A DNA stretch of 63,876 nt, the filler included, from Anaerolineae bacterium (lineage in GTDB: Bacteria > Chloroflexota > Anaerolineae > Epilineales > Epilineaceae), in NCBI GenBank assembly GCA_029262755.1. It is 6 parts of 6 records of this genome, joined end to end, with 100 filler letters (N's around TTAATTAATTAA, not from the genome) between each part and the next. Parts side by side here need not be neighbours in the genome. Positions count along the whole stretch, not along the records: positions 1 to 24,471 come from JAJCYU010000185.1; 5 more parts are not named here. One strand, written 5' to 3'. Positions 1-9,098 of the stretch are shown here, piece after piece (position 1 is the stretch's first letter; each line of letters starts with the position of its first letter). The notes beneath the pieces are model-generated. The model was not told where the DNA came from and ran no database searches. It was given only the letters and a program-made list of their open reading frames with translations. The translations under genes and the position numbers were made by a program.

Positions 1-851
1 AATACACGACCAAACTGCTCGGCCCAAGCCGCGGTCGTGCGGCTCGGCAGCACGACGCAATCGACCTCGCGGTAGAAGTCCGGCATCTTCGTGGACGGCA
101 GCGTGCCACGCCAGCGCACGCGGTGCGACACGCCGAGGCGCGTGGCCAGACGGCCAAGGCGCTTGCGCTCGGGGCCGTCGCCCACGACCTCCAGACGGAT
201 GTTCGGCGAGAGCCCGACCATCGCTTCGAGCAGCAGGTCGATGCCCTTCTCGGGCACAAGGCGGCCCGCGTAACCCACGACCAACTCACCCTGCACGATC
301 CGTCGACCCTTCATGGGCGGATGGAAGATGGCGGGATCGACGCCGAATTGGGGAATCGTCCACAGCGGCCCCTGGTAGCCCCGGGCCCTGAGTCCCGCTG
401 CGGCAGCCGGCGTGCCGGCGATCGCGCCGTCCGCGTCGCGCAATACCTCGGCCTCGAAGCCGCCGAAGGGGGGCGGATAACGGCGCCCCAGGTTCTGCCA
501 CGTGAAGAACAGGCTGGGGATTCCGCGCGCCTTCGCGGCGCGCAGCGCATCGCGCGTGGCGCGGTTGTAGGCTTCCTCGTCGATGTGCAGCAGGTCCGGA
601 CGCCGCTCATCGAGCAGCGCGCCCAAGCGCGGGTAGTGGTGGAGGTGGAAGCTGCGCGGCCAGCGGATGGGCGTCTCGACCAGGTCGTAGCCATCCACGT
701 GATCGCGCGTGAGGCGCTGCGTGACCCCGCCACCGCGCCAAACGGGCGGTACGGCGACGGTCAGCGCGACGCCGTCGTGTTCGGCGATGCACTCGGCCTT
801 GCGTTGGTAGGCCCCCACCACGAGGGCCTTGGATAGCATCAGCGCGCGCAC
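1..851 (-). CDS. Glycosyltransferase family 4 (partial, runs off window start)
   Basis: Not in the ORF track. Manual translation from GTG at 851: MRALMLSKALVVGAYQRKAE...PDLLHIDEEAYN...FYREVDCVVLPSRTTAAWAEQFGRV (GT4 E-x-F-G motif). Confidence 0.85.
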   Translation of the reverse strand, partial: MRALMLSKALVVGAYQRKAECIAEHDGVALTVAVPPVWRGGGVTQRLTRDHVDGYDLVETPIRWPRSFHLHHYPRLGALLDERRPDLLHIDEEAYNRATRDALRAAKARGIPSLFFTWQNLGRRYPPPFGGFEAEVLRDADGAIAGTPAAAAGLRARGYQGPLWTIPQFGVDPAIFHPPMKGRRIVQGELVVGYAGRLVPEKGIDLLLEAMVGLSPNIRLEVVGDGPERKRLGRLATRLGVSHRVRWRGTLPSTKMPDFYREVDCVVLPSRTTAAWAEQFGRV

Positions 852-951
852 GGAGCCTCACGCGTTCGGCGGAGCGGGAGACGTAGAACGCTCGGGCGCG
901 AAGCCAAAGAGCGCGCGCGGCTCAGTCGAGCCGCGCGCGCTCCCAACACAC

Positions 952-2778
952 CTACGGCCACCGCGCACCCCAGTCATGACGCCCGGTGGGGCAGGGGATC
1001 AGCCGGGCTAGGCGCTGGTAGATCGACTCCAGATCGGCGGCACGTGGTGCGGCGATGTAGCGGGCAGGGACGTCGGCCAGCTCCTGCAGGAGCTCCTCGT
1101 CCACGTCCGCGCCCAACCCGACCGTGAAGAGCCGCACGTCGGCGCTGCGCGCGTCGCGGGCCGCGGCGCGCACATGGTCGTGGGTGGAGCGGGTCGGCCG
1201 GCCGTCCGTCAGCAGCAGGATGGCGGCGCGGTTGGCCGGTCGTCTCGCCGGTCCGCGCAGCTGCGTCATCGCAAGGCGCAGCCCGGCGTCGATCGCGGTG
1301 CCCTCGCCGCGTGGCAACGCTTCCAGGGCCTCGGCCACGCGACGGGGGCGGCTGCCGAGCGGGGCAAGCACGCGCGCCTCCGCGTCGAACACCACCACCG
1401 CCACCTGGTCGCCCGGACCCTGCGCCAACGCGGCGAAGGCGCGCGCAGCGCGGCCGGCGGCAACGCGCTTGGGTAGCGCGCCGTCGCGCGTCGGCCATTC
1501 CATGCTCGAGGAAACATCGATCACGAGCACGACGTCCGTCGATTCGATCACCGGGTCGCAGCGCTCGCGCACGGCAAGCGGCAGGTAGATGTCCACCGGT
1601 ATCGGCGTGTTCGTCGGGATCGGCGTATTCGTGGGCGTCGGCGTTTGGGTCGGGGTATTCGTCGGGGACGGCCCCTGGGTCGGGGTGTTCGTCGGCGTGT
1701 TGGTCGGGGTCGGCGTCGGCGTCGCGGTCGGCGCGATGACGAGCACGGTGGGCACAGGGAACAGTTTCTCCCCGATGCGGTTCTCCGTATCCCGGAACTC
1801 GGCCAAGGCCTCGACGTTCGTCGGGTGGACGCCTACCTCCAGCGGCTCGAGCTGGTAGGTGATCGTGATGCCGGAACTAGGCACCACGTCCCAGCGGAAG
1901 TACAACACGTTGTCGACATAACGCTCGGGCGGTGGCTCGCCGGAGCCTTCGATGTAGCGCATGTTGTCCGGCACGACGTCGCGCACGGTGATCAGCCGTA
2001 GCTGCGTGTCGAGCAGATCCTCGACGATCTCGAGGAAGATGCCCACGAGGCGCGAGGCCTGGCGAACGTCGAAGAAGAGGTTGGAGCGGCTGGCGATCGA
2101 GCGCATCAGGGCCGTATCGCAATCATTGCCGACGCAGACCGAGATCAGGAGGATGCCCTGGCTCTTGATCTTTGCCGCGGCCTGCTTCACCTGAGCCGGG
2201 GTATTGAACCATGGCCGGCCGTCCGAGAGGATCAAGATGACCTCGATCGGATCGATATTGGAGTCGCGGCTTGCGCCGCGGCCGCGCACCAGCATCTCGC
2301 GCGAGAGATCGAGCCCGTCGGCAATCACCGTCCCCAACTCTAGATCGATGCCGTCGATGGCGCCCAGGATGCGGCCGCGGCTATCGGTCAACTCCGTCTC
2401 GACGTAGGCCTTGTCGCTAAACGTGGTCACGCCGACGCGGGTCACCTCAAAGTCCAGCTCCATCACGAATTGTTTCGCGGCGCGCTTGGCCTGCGTGAGC
2501 TTGCCGTTGGGGTTCATGGACAACGACCCGTCGATGCTGAGCACAATGTGCAGCGGCACCAGCTGGGCCGGACAATCGGTTGTCGACGTCAGCGTGACGG
2601 TCGTCCACTCCCCCAGGATCAGCTCCGAGGGGTCAGCCCACTTGTTGTTGAGCAGGGCACAGGGGCTCTCGCGACCGCGGTTCTGCGCCGCGGAGGGTGC
2701 TGACGAGAGGGACATCAAGGTCACGGCGAGCATCAACCCGGTGAGGGCGAGCAACGGCGCGCGAGTGGCGCGGAACAT
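952..2778 (-). CDS. Secreted protein with two VWA domains and a Pro/Thr-rich linker
   Basis: Signal peptide after a GGAGGAGG RBS; two MIDAS DxSxS motifs (IDGSLSM, IDVSSSM) with LSDG/LTDG; (TPTP)n linker. Confidence 0.88.
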   Translation of the reverse strand: MFRATRAPLLALTGLMLAVTLMSLSSAPSAAQNRGRESPCALLNNKWADPSELILGEWTTVTLTSTTDCPAQLVPLHIVLSIDGSLSMNPNGKLTQAKRAAKQFVMELDFEVTRVGVTTFSDKAYVETELTDSRGRILGAIDGIDLELGTVIADGLDLSREMLVRGRGASRDSNIDPIEVILILSDGRPWFNTPAQVKQAAAKIKSQGILLISVCVGNDCDTALMRSIASRSNLFFDVRQASRLVGIFLEIVEDLLDTQLRLITVRDVVPDNMRYIEGSGEPPPERYVDNVLYFRWDVVPSSGITITYQLEPLEVGVHPTNVEALAEFRDTENRIGEKLFPVPTVLVIAPTATPTPTPTNTPTNTPTQGPSPTNTPTQTPTPTNTPIPTNTPIPVDIYLPLAVRERCDPVIESTDVVLVIDVSSSMEWPTRDGALPKRVAAGRAARAFAALAQGPGDQVAVVVFDAEARVLAPLGSRPRRVAEALEALPRGEGTAIDAGLRLAMTQLRGPARRPANRAAILLLTDGRPTRSTHDHVRAAARDARSADVRLFTVGLGADVDEELLQELADVPARYIAAPRAADLESIYQRLARLIPCPTGRHDWGARWP

Positions 2779-3017
2779 GGGCCTCCTCCAACAGCGCATC
2801 CGTGGTCGATGAAGCATTCACCGACCGTTCGGGCGAACGGCGCGGGTACGCCCGATTCTGGGCGGCGTTCGGCCTGTGCAAGGAGCACACGAGGGCCGCC
2901 CGTGCTGGGAATTCATCTAGATCAACACGGTATCACGCTCGCGGCGGACACACTAGGAAGCAATCCGCGGCGATGACTAGGCGATCCGGGCCCTCGCACC
3001 CTTGTGGCGCCGCCTTC

Positions 3018-4139
3018 TCAACCCCGAGCGATGTCCGCATAAGCTTGGCGTACAAGCCGGGCCGTCTCGTGCCACGTGAACGTGGCTGCGCGCTCCCTTC
3101 CGGCGCTCCGCAATCGGGCGGCCGTGTCCACGTCCTCCAGCACCGCGCGTAGGGCATCGGCCCACGCCTCGACGGCGCCGGGCGCAACGCGCAGCCCCGC
3201 GTCGCCCACGACCTCGGGCAGGCTCGTCGCGTCGGCCACCACGACCGGCGCACCGGCGGCCATCGCCTCCAGCGGAGGCAGACCGAAGCCCTCGTAGCGC
3301 GACGGATAGGCGAACACGGCGGCCCCGGCGTACAGCGCCGGCAGCTGCGCATCCGACACCGCTCCGATCGCCTCCCACGCCTCGTCCGGGAGGCCGATGC
3401 GACGTGCGATCCTCCGGGGGTCGGTCGCCCAGCCGTCGTCGGTTGCCGGAAGGCGGCCCACGATGCGCAGTTTCACCCCCGTCGCGAGGTACACCGTGGT
3501 CCATGCCCGCAGCAGGGTCGTGACGTCCTTGCGCGGGTCGAAGCCGCCCACGTACAGGCCGTAGCGCGGGGAGGCCTCGCGACGTACGCCCGCCCCTACG
3601 CCGGCATCGCGCTCCGACGCGGCGTCGGCGAAGCGGGCGGACACGCCGAGCGGGACCACGCGCACACGCTCGGCCGGTACGGACAGGTGCCGCACGATGT
3701 CCGCGGCCGTATGCGCCGAATCGGCGAGCACCAGGCGCGCCGAGCGCGTGGCGCGTGCCACGAGGGCCGTGTAGGCGCGCACCCGTGGGTCGCGCCGATA
3801 GGCGGGAAGGAGCAGCGGGATGAGATCATGGACGGTGACGACTGTCGGCGCGCTCGGCCGCAGAGGCGGGCCCCAGTACGGGACATGGGCGACGTCGTGA
3901 TTCCGTGCGGCGCGCGGGAAGCCGCGCTGCTCGAAGGCGATCTTGGCCACGGTGCCCGACGTTCGCGGCTGGAGCAGGCTCAACTCCTCGCCCTCGGGCG
4001 CGCTAACGCGCAGGGCGCCGACCAGCGCATCCACGTAGGCGCCGGAGCCGACGGCGCGGCCTGCGAACACACCGGAGAGCGCGATGCGCAGACCGGACGG
4101 GCGCTCGCTGCGATCGGCGGTCATCGGCGTCCGGTCCAC
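3018..4139 (-). CDS. Glycosyltransferase family 4
   Basis: VTVHDLIP, GGFDPRKD, YPSRYEGFGLPPLEAMAAG motifs; start may be 4124. Confidence 0.92.
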   Translation of the reverse strand: MDRTPMTADRSERPSGLRIALSGVFAGRAVGSGAYVDALVGALRVSAPEGEELSLLQPRTSGTVAKIAFEQRGFPRAARNHDVAHVPYWGPPLRPSAPTVVTVHDLIPLLLPAYRRDPRVRAYTALVARATRSARLVLADSAHTAADIVRHLSVPAERVRVVPLGVSARFADAASERDAGVGAGVRREASPRYGLYVGGFDPRKDVTTLLRAWTTVYLATGVKLRIVGRLPATDDGWATDPRRIARRIGLPDEAWEAIGAVSDAQLPALYAGAAVFAYPSRYEGFGLPPLEAMAAGAPVVVADATSLPEVVGDAGLRVAPGAVEAWADALRAVLEDVDTAARLRSAGRERAATFTWHETARLVRQAYADIARG

Positions 4140-4216
4140 AGCGGGGCCAAATCAGAGGGGTGATCGCGGGTCATCGCTCGATCAACCTCCAATCTCGGAC
4201 TTGGTTGCTCGCGCGG

Positions 4217-4852
4217 TCATCGTCGACGTCCAGCCGCGGCGCGCCCGTTGTCCAGCCGCGAGGCTGCGCGAACCTGTTGCGCCGCGGAGAACAGCACCGC
4301 GGCCGTCAACAGCCAGGCGACCCAATGCGCGCCGGCCGGCCAGGCGAGGAGGATGGTGTAGGCGGCGATCGTTTCCGCGCCGCCCACGAGACCGGCCGGC
4401 ATGGCCACGCTTGTCGCCTCGCCACGCATCGCGGCGGCGGCGCCGCGTTTCTCGAGGACGGCCGAGAGCGACATCCACGCCGCGGCGTTGACGTAGAACG
4501 CGGCCAAGAGCGCTGTGAGCGCCCACCAGGCGTCGCCGCCGCGTCCGGCGAGAGCACCGATCGGTATCGCGGCGTAGACAACGAAGTCCAGGACGAGATC
4601 GAGCACGCCACCGAAATCACTCGCGCGGCCGGTGCGGCGGGCGACCGTCCCGTCGAGGCCGTCGAGCAAACGGTTGAGGGCCCACAGCAACAACGCGATT
4701 GCCGGGTGCTGCGTCCACGCAGCCCACGCGGCGCCGAGCCCCGGTGCGAGCGCGAGCATCGAGATCGTGTTCGGCGCAACACGGTCGCCGAGGGCCGCGG
4801 CAACGGGCGTTAGCACGCGGTCCTTGATCGGGCGCAGGCGTGCGTCAAACAA
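4217..4852 (-). CDS. CDP-alcohol phosphatidyltransferase family protein (YnjF-like)
   Basis: DGLDGTVARRTGRASDFGGVLDLVLD matches D-G-x2-A-R-x8-G-x3-D-x3-D; multiple TM segments. Confidence 0.9.
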   Translation of the reverse strand: MFDARLRPIKDRVLTPVAAALGDRVAPNTISMLALAPGLGAAWAAWTQHPAIALLLWALNRLLDGLDGTVARRTGRASDFGGVLDLVLDFVVYAAIPIGALAGRGGDAWWALTALLAAFYVNAAAWMSLSAVLEKRGAAAAMRGEATSVAMPAGLVGGAETIAAYTILLAWPAGAHWVAWLLTAAVLFSAAQQVRAASRLDNGRAAAGRRR

Positions 4853-4881
4853 TGTCGCCTTCCTTCCCCGAATGGGGCCGC

Positions 4882-6411
4882 CTAGGTGCCGCCGCTGTCG
4901 GGGCCGACCGCCAGGGAAGTAACGTCTGCCACATCGACGGCCGGATCGACGGCCACATCGACGGCCACATCGACGGCCGCATCGCCGTCTGCATCGACGG
5001 CCACATCGTCGCGAACATCCGCGTCGGGCTCAGCGTTCGGGCGTCCAATGAGCAGCACGAGAAGGTCGTTGACGTTGGTGCCCGTCGGCCCTGTGACCAC
5101 GGCATCGCCCAGCGTATCAAAGAACGGTCCGCTGTGGTGGTGGTCGAGGTCGCGCCGCGGATCACGTCCGGCCGCGCGGGCGCGATCGGCGCTCGTGCCG
5201 TCCACGAGCGCGCCGGCGGCTTCGCCTGCGCCGTCACGGCCGTCGGTTCCGAAGGCGGCCAGCGAAACGTCGGGCAGTCCGTCCAGCGCCAACGCGGCCC
5301 CGAGGGCCAGCTCGCGGCAACGACCGCCTTCGCCGCCGAGACGGCGTAGGGTCACCGTTGTCTCTCCGCCGGCCAGCAGACAGGCCGGTGGCGCGGCGGG
5401 CTGCCCGTGTTGGACGCATTCGCGGGCGACCGCGGCGAGCACCTTGCCCACCTCGCGCGCTTCGCCGACGAGGGATGTGCTGAGGACCAGCGGCGTGTAG
5501 CCGAGCGCCGCGGCATGCTCGGCTGCCGCCTGCACCGCTGTCCCGACGGACCCGATGGTGTGCCAAACATGGCCGGCCAGCAGCGGATCGCCTGGCGCGA
5601 CCGTCTCCGCGATCTCGCCGGCCAGCCCCGCGCGCAGGTGCCGGCCGACCGATTCCGGGATGTCGCCCCACAGGCTGAAGCGCGATAACACAGCGCCGGC
5701 ATCGGCAAAGGTCGTGGGATCGCCGACGCTCGGACCACCGCCGATCGTCTCCGGTCGTCCTCCGATCACGTCGGAAAGGGCCAGGGTAGCTACGCGCGCG
5801 GGCGCGGCTAGGCGCAGCAGACCTCCGCCCTTGATGGCGCTCACGTGGCGGCGCACCGTGTTGATCTCGTCGATGGTTGCACCGCAGGAAAGGAGCGTGG
5901 TCGTCAACGAGGCGATGTCGACCAGCGGTACGCCCTTGGGCGGGAGCTCAAGCAACGAGGACGCGCCGCCGGAGAGCAGCAGCAGCACGGCATCGTGCTC
6001 GGTTGTGTCGGCCAACAAGCGCTGGACGTGCCTTGCGGCCATGAGGCTCGACGGATCAGGCTGTGGGTGGCCGCCCTCGTAGAGCATGCCGTTGGCGAGC
6101 GGCCTCTTCGTGCCGCGCACGCCGACGCCGAGCGCAGCCGTCATCCGGTCGCCGAGGATTTCTTCCGCGGCCGCGAGCATCGGCGCGGCGGCCTTGCCCG
6201 CGGCAATCACGAACAGCCGGCCCTCCGGCGCAAGCGGCCAGATCTCTGCGCCCACACCCCGGCCGAGGCGCAGGCCGTCCGACGTCGGCGCCAGATGGTC
6301 TCGCACCGCGCGCTCGGGTTCGGCGGCTTGCAGGCCCGCCGCCAAGATGCCGAGCAATGGCGCCCACGCGGGACGCGCGGCGGGATCCGGGGCCGAGAAC
6401 GGCGCGGTCAT
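4882..6411 (-). CDS. Glycerate kinase type 2 (DUF4147/MOFRL, TtuD/GLYCTK-like)
   Basis: AGKAA, LLLSGGASSL, IKGGGL, GGETTV, GTDGRDG, GPTGTNVNDL motifs. Confidence 0.92.
   Translation of the reverse strand: MTAPFSAPDPAARPAWAPLLGILAAGLQAAEPERAVRDHLAPTSDGLRLGRGVGAEIWPLAPEGRLFVIAAGKAAAPMLAAAEEILGDRMTAALGVGVRGTKRPLANGMLYEGGHPQPDPSSLMAARHVQRLLADTTEHDAVLLLLSGGASSLLELPPKGVPLVDIASLTTTLLSCGATIDEINTVRRHVSAIKGGGLLRLAAPARVATLALSDVIGGRPETIGGGPSVGDPTTFADAGAVLSRFSLWGDIPESVGRHLRAGLAGEIAETVAPGDPLLAGHVWHTIGSVGTAVQAAAEHAAALGYTPLVLSTSLVGEAREVGKVLAAVARECVQHGQPAAPPACLLAGGETTVTLRRLGGEGGRCRELALGAALALDGLPDVSLAAFGTDGRDGAGEAAGALVDGTSADRARAAGRDPRRDLDHHHSGPFFDTLGDAVVTGPTGTNVNDLLVLLIGRPNAEPDADVRDDVAVDADGDAAVDVAVDVAVDPAVDVADVTSLAVGPDSGGT
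4930..5010. repeat. Degenerate 12-bp tandem repeat (CACATCGACGGC) encoding the VDVA/VDPA tail of glycerate kinase
   Basis: Units visible directly in the sequence. Confidence 0.8.
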
Positions 6412-6480
6412 CGGATCGCTACGAGCGCGCGATCGGAGCGCATGATGGGACGGTGGCACCGCGGGTACGGCATCCGGGCG

Positions 6481-6846
6481 CTACGCGTCCGTCCAGCCGG
6501 CGAGCAGCTCGTCGAGCAGCACGCGATCCAGGACGAGCATCTTCAGGTCGTTCTTGGGCTCGCCGTCCGCTTGGGCTTGCCGCGCCTCAGCGCGGTCGAG
6601 CCATTCTAGGCGGGCCTGAATTGCTTCGCTCAGCGGGCGGACCGTCACCTCGCGGTTGAGATGACTCGCCAGTTCACGCGCCCGGTCTAGGGCGTCGAGC
6701 GAGCTGGTGATGGGGGTCGGCTGGCCCAAACGTGCGGCTACACGGCCCATGCCTTGCTCGATCCGCAATACGCGGTCGGTCAGGTAGGCCTGCTCGGGCA
6801 GGTATCGTTCGGGGCGACGCAGGTTATAGGTCTCGGCCATGGCCAT
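6481..6846 (-). CDS. Hypothetical helical protein
   Basis: AAGGAG RBS upstream, protein-like composition, same strand as neighbours. Confidence 0.65.
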   Translation of the reverse strand: MAMAETYNLRRPERYLPEQAYLTDRVLRIEQGMGRVAARLGQPTPITSSLDALDRARELASHLNREVTVRPLSEAIQARLEWLDRAEARQAQADGEPKNDLKMLVLDRVLLDELLAGWTDA

Positions 6847-6928
6847 CGGGCTCCTTAAAGCATGCGCGGCAGAGGCTAGGCCGAGCCGCGCGCGCGGTCA
6901 AATCCGGCGCGGTCCCAACCGGTTGGCA

Positions 6929-8491
6929 TCACAGACCCAGCCAGCCGGCCAGGCCGATGTAGGCACCCAGGAATAACAGGACACCTAAGGTATCGGTCAA
7001 CGTGGTGACGAACACCGAAGACGCAACGGCGGGGTCGAAGCCCAGCCGGTGAAGCAGGAGCGGAACGCCGCCGCCGATCAGGCCGCCGATCGTGAGGTTG
7101 GCCGCCATGGCCACCAGCATGGCCAGACCAAGAACAAGTGCCTGTTCCGGCCCGCCCACAACAACCGCGATGCCCGCGGCGAGAACCCCAATGGCGACGC
7201 CGTTGATGAGGCCCACCGCGACTTCCTTGCCGAGCAGCCGGCGCACCTCGGCGCGATCGAACTCGCCCAGCGCCAGCAAACGCACAACGATGGTCATGGC
7301 CTGCGCGCCGACGTTGCCGCCCTGCGCCGTCACCAGCGGGAAGAGCACGGCGAGCGCCACGACGCGGTCTATGGTCGTCCGAAAGCCCGTGAGCGCCGCG
7401 ACGAGGGCCAGCTGCATGCCGAGGTTGAGCGCCAGCCACGGCAAGCGCTTGCGCACCGCGAGACCCACGGGGTCGAGCGGGCGTTCAGCTTCGTCCAAGC
7501 CCACGAGGCGGTACATATCCTCCGTGGCTTCTTCGCTCAGGACATCGACCAGATCGTCATGCGTGATGACGCCGATCAAGCGATCGTCGGCGTCCACCAC
7601 CGGCAACGTTCGCAGGTCGTAGCGTTGCATGACCTGGCCGGCGAGCTCCTGATCGTCCTCCGCGTGGACCTTCAACACGTCGCCCTCGACCAGATCCGCG
7701 ATCGTCTCGCGCGCACCGGCGACGATGAGCTGGCGCAGGCTCACCACGCCGATCAATCGGTCGGCGTCGTCCAACGCGTATAGGTAGTACGCGACGTTGT
7801 TGTCGGGCGCGAGGCCGCGCAGATGTTCGATGGTCGCCTCCACCGAATCGCCGGCGCGTAGCGCAATAAAGTCGCGGGTCATCCGGCCGCCCGCGGAGTC
7901 GTCCTCGTACTCCATCAAACGCCGGACCTCGGCCTCGGCCGAATCGTCCATGGCCTTCAAAACGGGCGCTTGCTGCGTTTCGGGCAGGTCGAGTAGGACG
8001 TCGGCCGCCTCGTCGGTCTCCATCTCGTCGAGGATCGGCGCGAGCTCCGCCGGGCTCAGGCCGGCGGCCACCATGCCGGCGAAGGGGTCCTCGAGCTCTT
8101 CGAGCAGATCGGCGGCGTCGGGATCGGCCAGCACGCGCAGCAAGTGCCGTTGCGCCTCCAAATCGAAGGTCTCAAAGACATCGACCCGGTCCGGCGGGCG
8201 CAGCGCGGCGAGGCCCGCCGCGACTGAGGCCAGGTCCTCACGCGCCCAGGCGTCCGTGATGATCTGCACGACCGTTGCGAAATCGTCCGCGTCATGCGCT
8301 CGGCGCACGGCTTCGACGGTCGCTTCGGGATCGAGGATCGGCGTTTCCGTGACGCCGCCGCCCGGATCCTGCGGTGCGCCTGCGGCGGGCGTACCGGCAC
8401 CGCCCCTGGCTTCCGGCGGCGATCCGGTGCCGGTCGGCGGGGTGGGCGACGATGACGATGACGATGACGATGGCGACGACGATGGGCTCAT
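6929..8491 (-). CDS. mgtE: Magnesium transporter MgtE
   Basis: MgtE N domain, tandem CBS domains (SAGGRMTRDF; LIGVITHDDL), KRLPWL, GGNVGAQ, DPAVASSVFVTTLTD; Ser/Pro low-complexity N-terminus. Confidence 0.95.
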   Translation of the reverse strand: MSPSSSPSSSSSSSSPTPPTGTGSPPEARGGAGTPAAGAPQDPGGGVTETPILDPEATVEAVRRAHDADDFATVVQIITDAWAREDLASVAAGLAALRPPDRVDVFETFDLEAQRHLLRVLADPDAADLLEELEDPFAGMVAAGLSPAELAPILDEMETDEAADVLLDLPETQQAPVLKAMDDSAEAEVRRLMEYEDDSAGGRMTRDFIALRAGDSVEATIEHLRGLAPDNNVAYYLYALDDADRLIGVVSLRQLIVAGARETIADLVEGDVLKVHAEDDQELAGQVMQRYDLRTLPVVDADDRLIGVITHDDLVDVLSEEATEDMYRLVGLDEAERPLDPVGLAVRKRLPWLALNLGMQLALVAALTGFRTTIDRVVALAVLFPLVTAQGGNVGAQAMTIVVRLLALGEFDRAEVRRLLGKEVAVGLINGVAIGVLAAGIAVVVGGPEQALVLGLAMLVAMAANLTIGGLIGGGVPLLLHRLGFDPAVASSVFVTTLTDTLGVLLFLGAYIGLAGWLGL

Positions 8492-8498
8492 GGCCGCC

Positions 8499-9098
8499 TC
8501 AATCGCCCTGGGCTTCGACGGTCGCCTGCTCGTTGCGCCACCACGTGGGCTCGCGGCCCTCGTTCACGGGCACGTTCGGTACAAGTCCGGCCTCGGTGCC
8601 GGGCGGCCTGTGGAACATGGGCTCGCCGAAGATCGCATCGCGCATGAGGGGCCCCCAGGTGCGCGAGTCCGGCGCATCCCGATCATCGGCCAGGAAGAAG
8701 TACTCTTCCTCGCCGAGCGTCACGGGACCGTAGTCCGGCCCAGTCCCCTTGCGGTGCAACGCGGGTTCGCTCTCTTGACCATCGCGGTAGAGGACGCCGT
8801 CGATCACCTCGATGCTGTCGCCCGGGATCGCAACCACGCGGCGGAAGGTGGGCGCTCCATCCGGTGGTCGAACCTGCAGCACCTGACCTCGATAGGGGCT
8901 CTCCGTCCATGCGATGGCATGGGCCACGACCGCCTCCGCGCCCGTCTCCAGGATGGGGGCCATAGCGTCGTCACGTACGGTTACGATCTCGACCAAGATC
9001 CGGCCGGCGTAGCCGGTCAGCAGGCAGGCGCCGCAGCCGAATACGGTAAGGACCAAGGGTACGAAGCAGCCGAAGAAGCGGCGGGCGCGTGTGCTCAT
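8499..9098 (-). CDS. Signal peptidase I (S26) homolog with substituted catalytic residues
   Basis: N-terminal TM; box B VRDDAMAPIL, box D TFRRVVAIPGD, box E FFLADDRDAPDSRTWGP. Confidence 0.8.
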   Translation of the reverse strand: MSTRARRFFGCFVPLVLTVFGCGACLLTGYAGRILVEIVTVRDDAMAPILETGAEAVVAHAIAWTESPYRGQVLQVRPPDGAPTFRRVVAIPGDSIEVIDGVLYRDGQESEPALHRKGTGPDYGPVTLGEEEYFFLADDRDAPDSRTWGPLMRDAIFGEPMFHRPPGTEAGLVPNVPVNEGREPTWWRNEQATVEAQGD

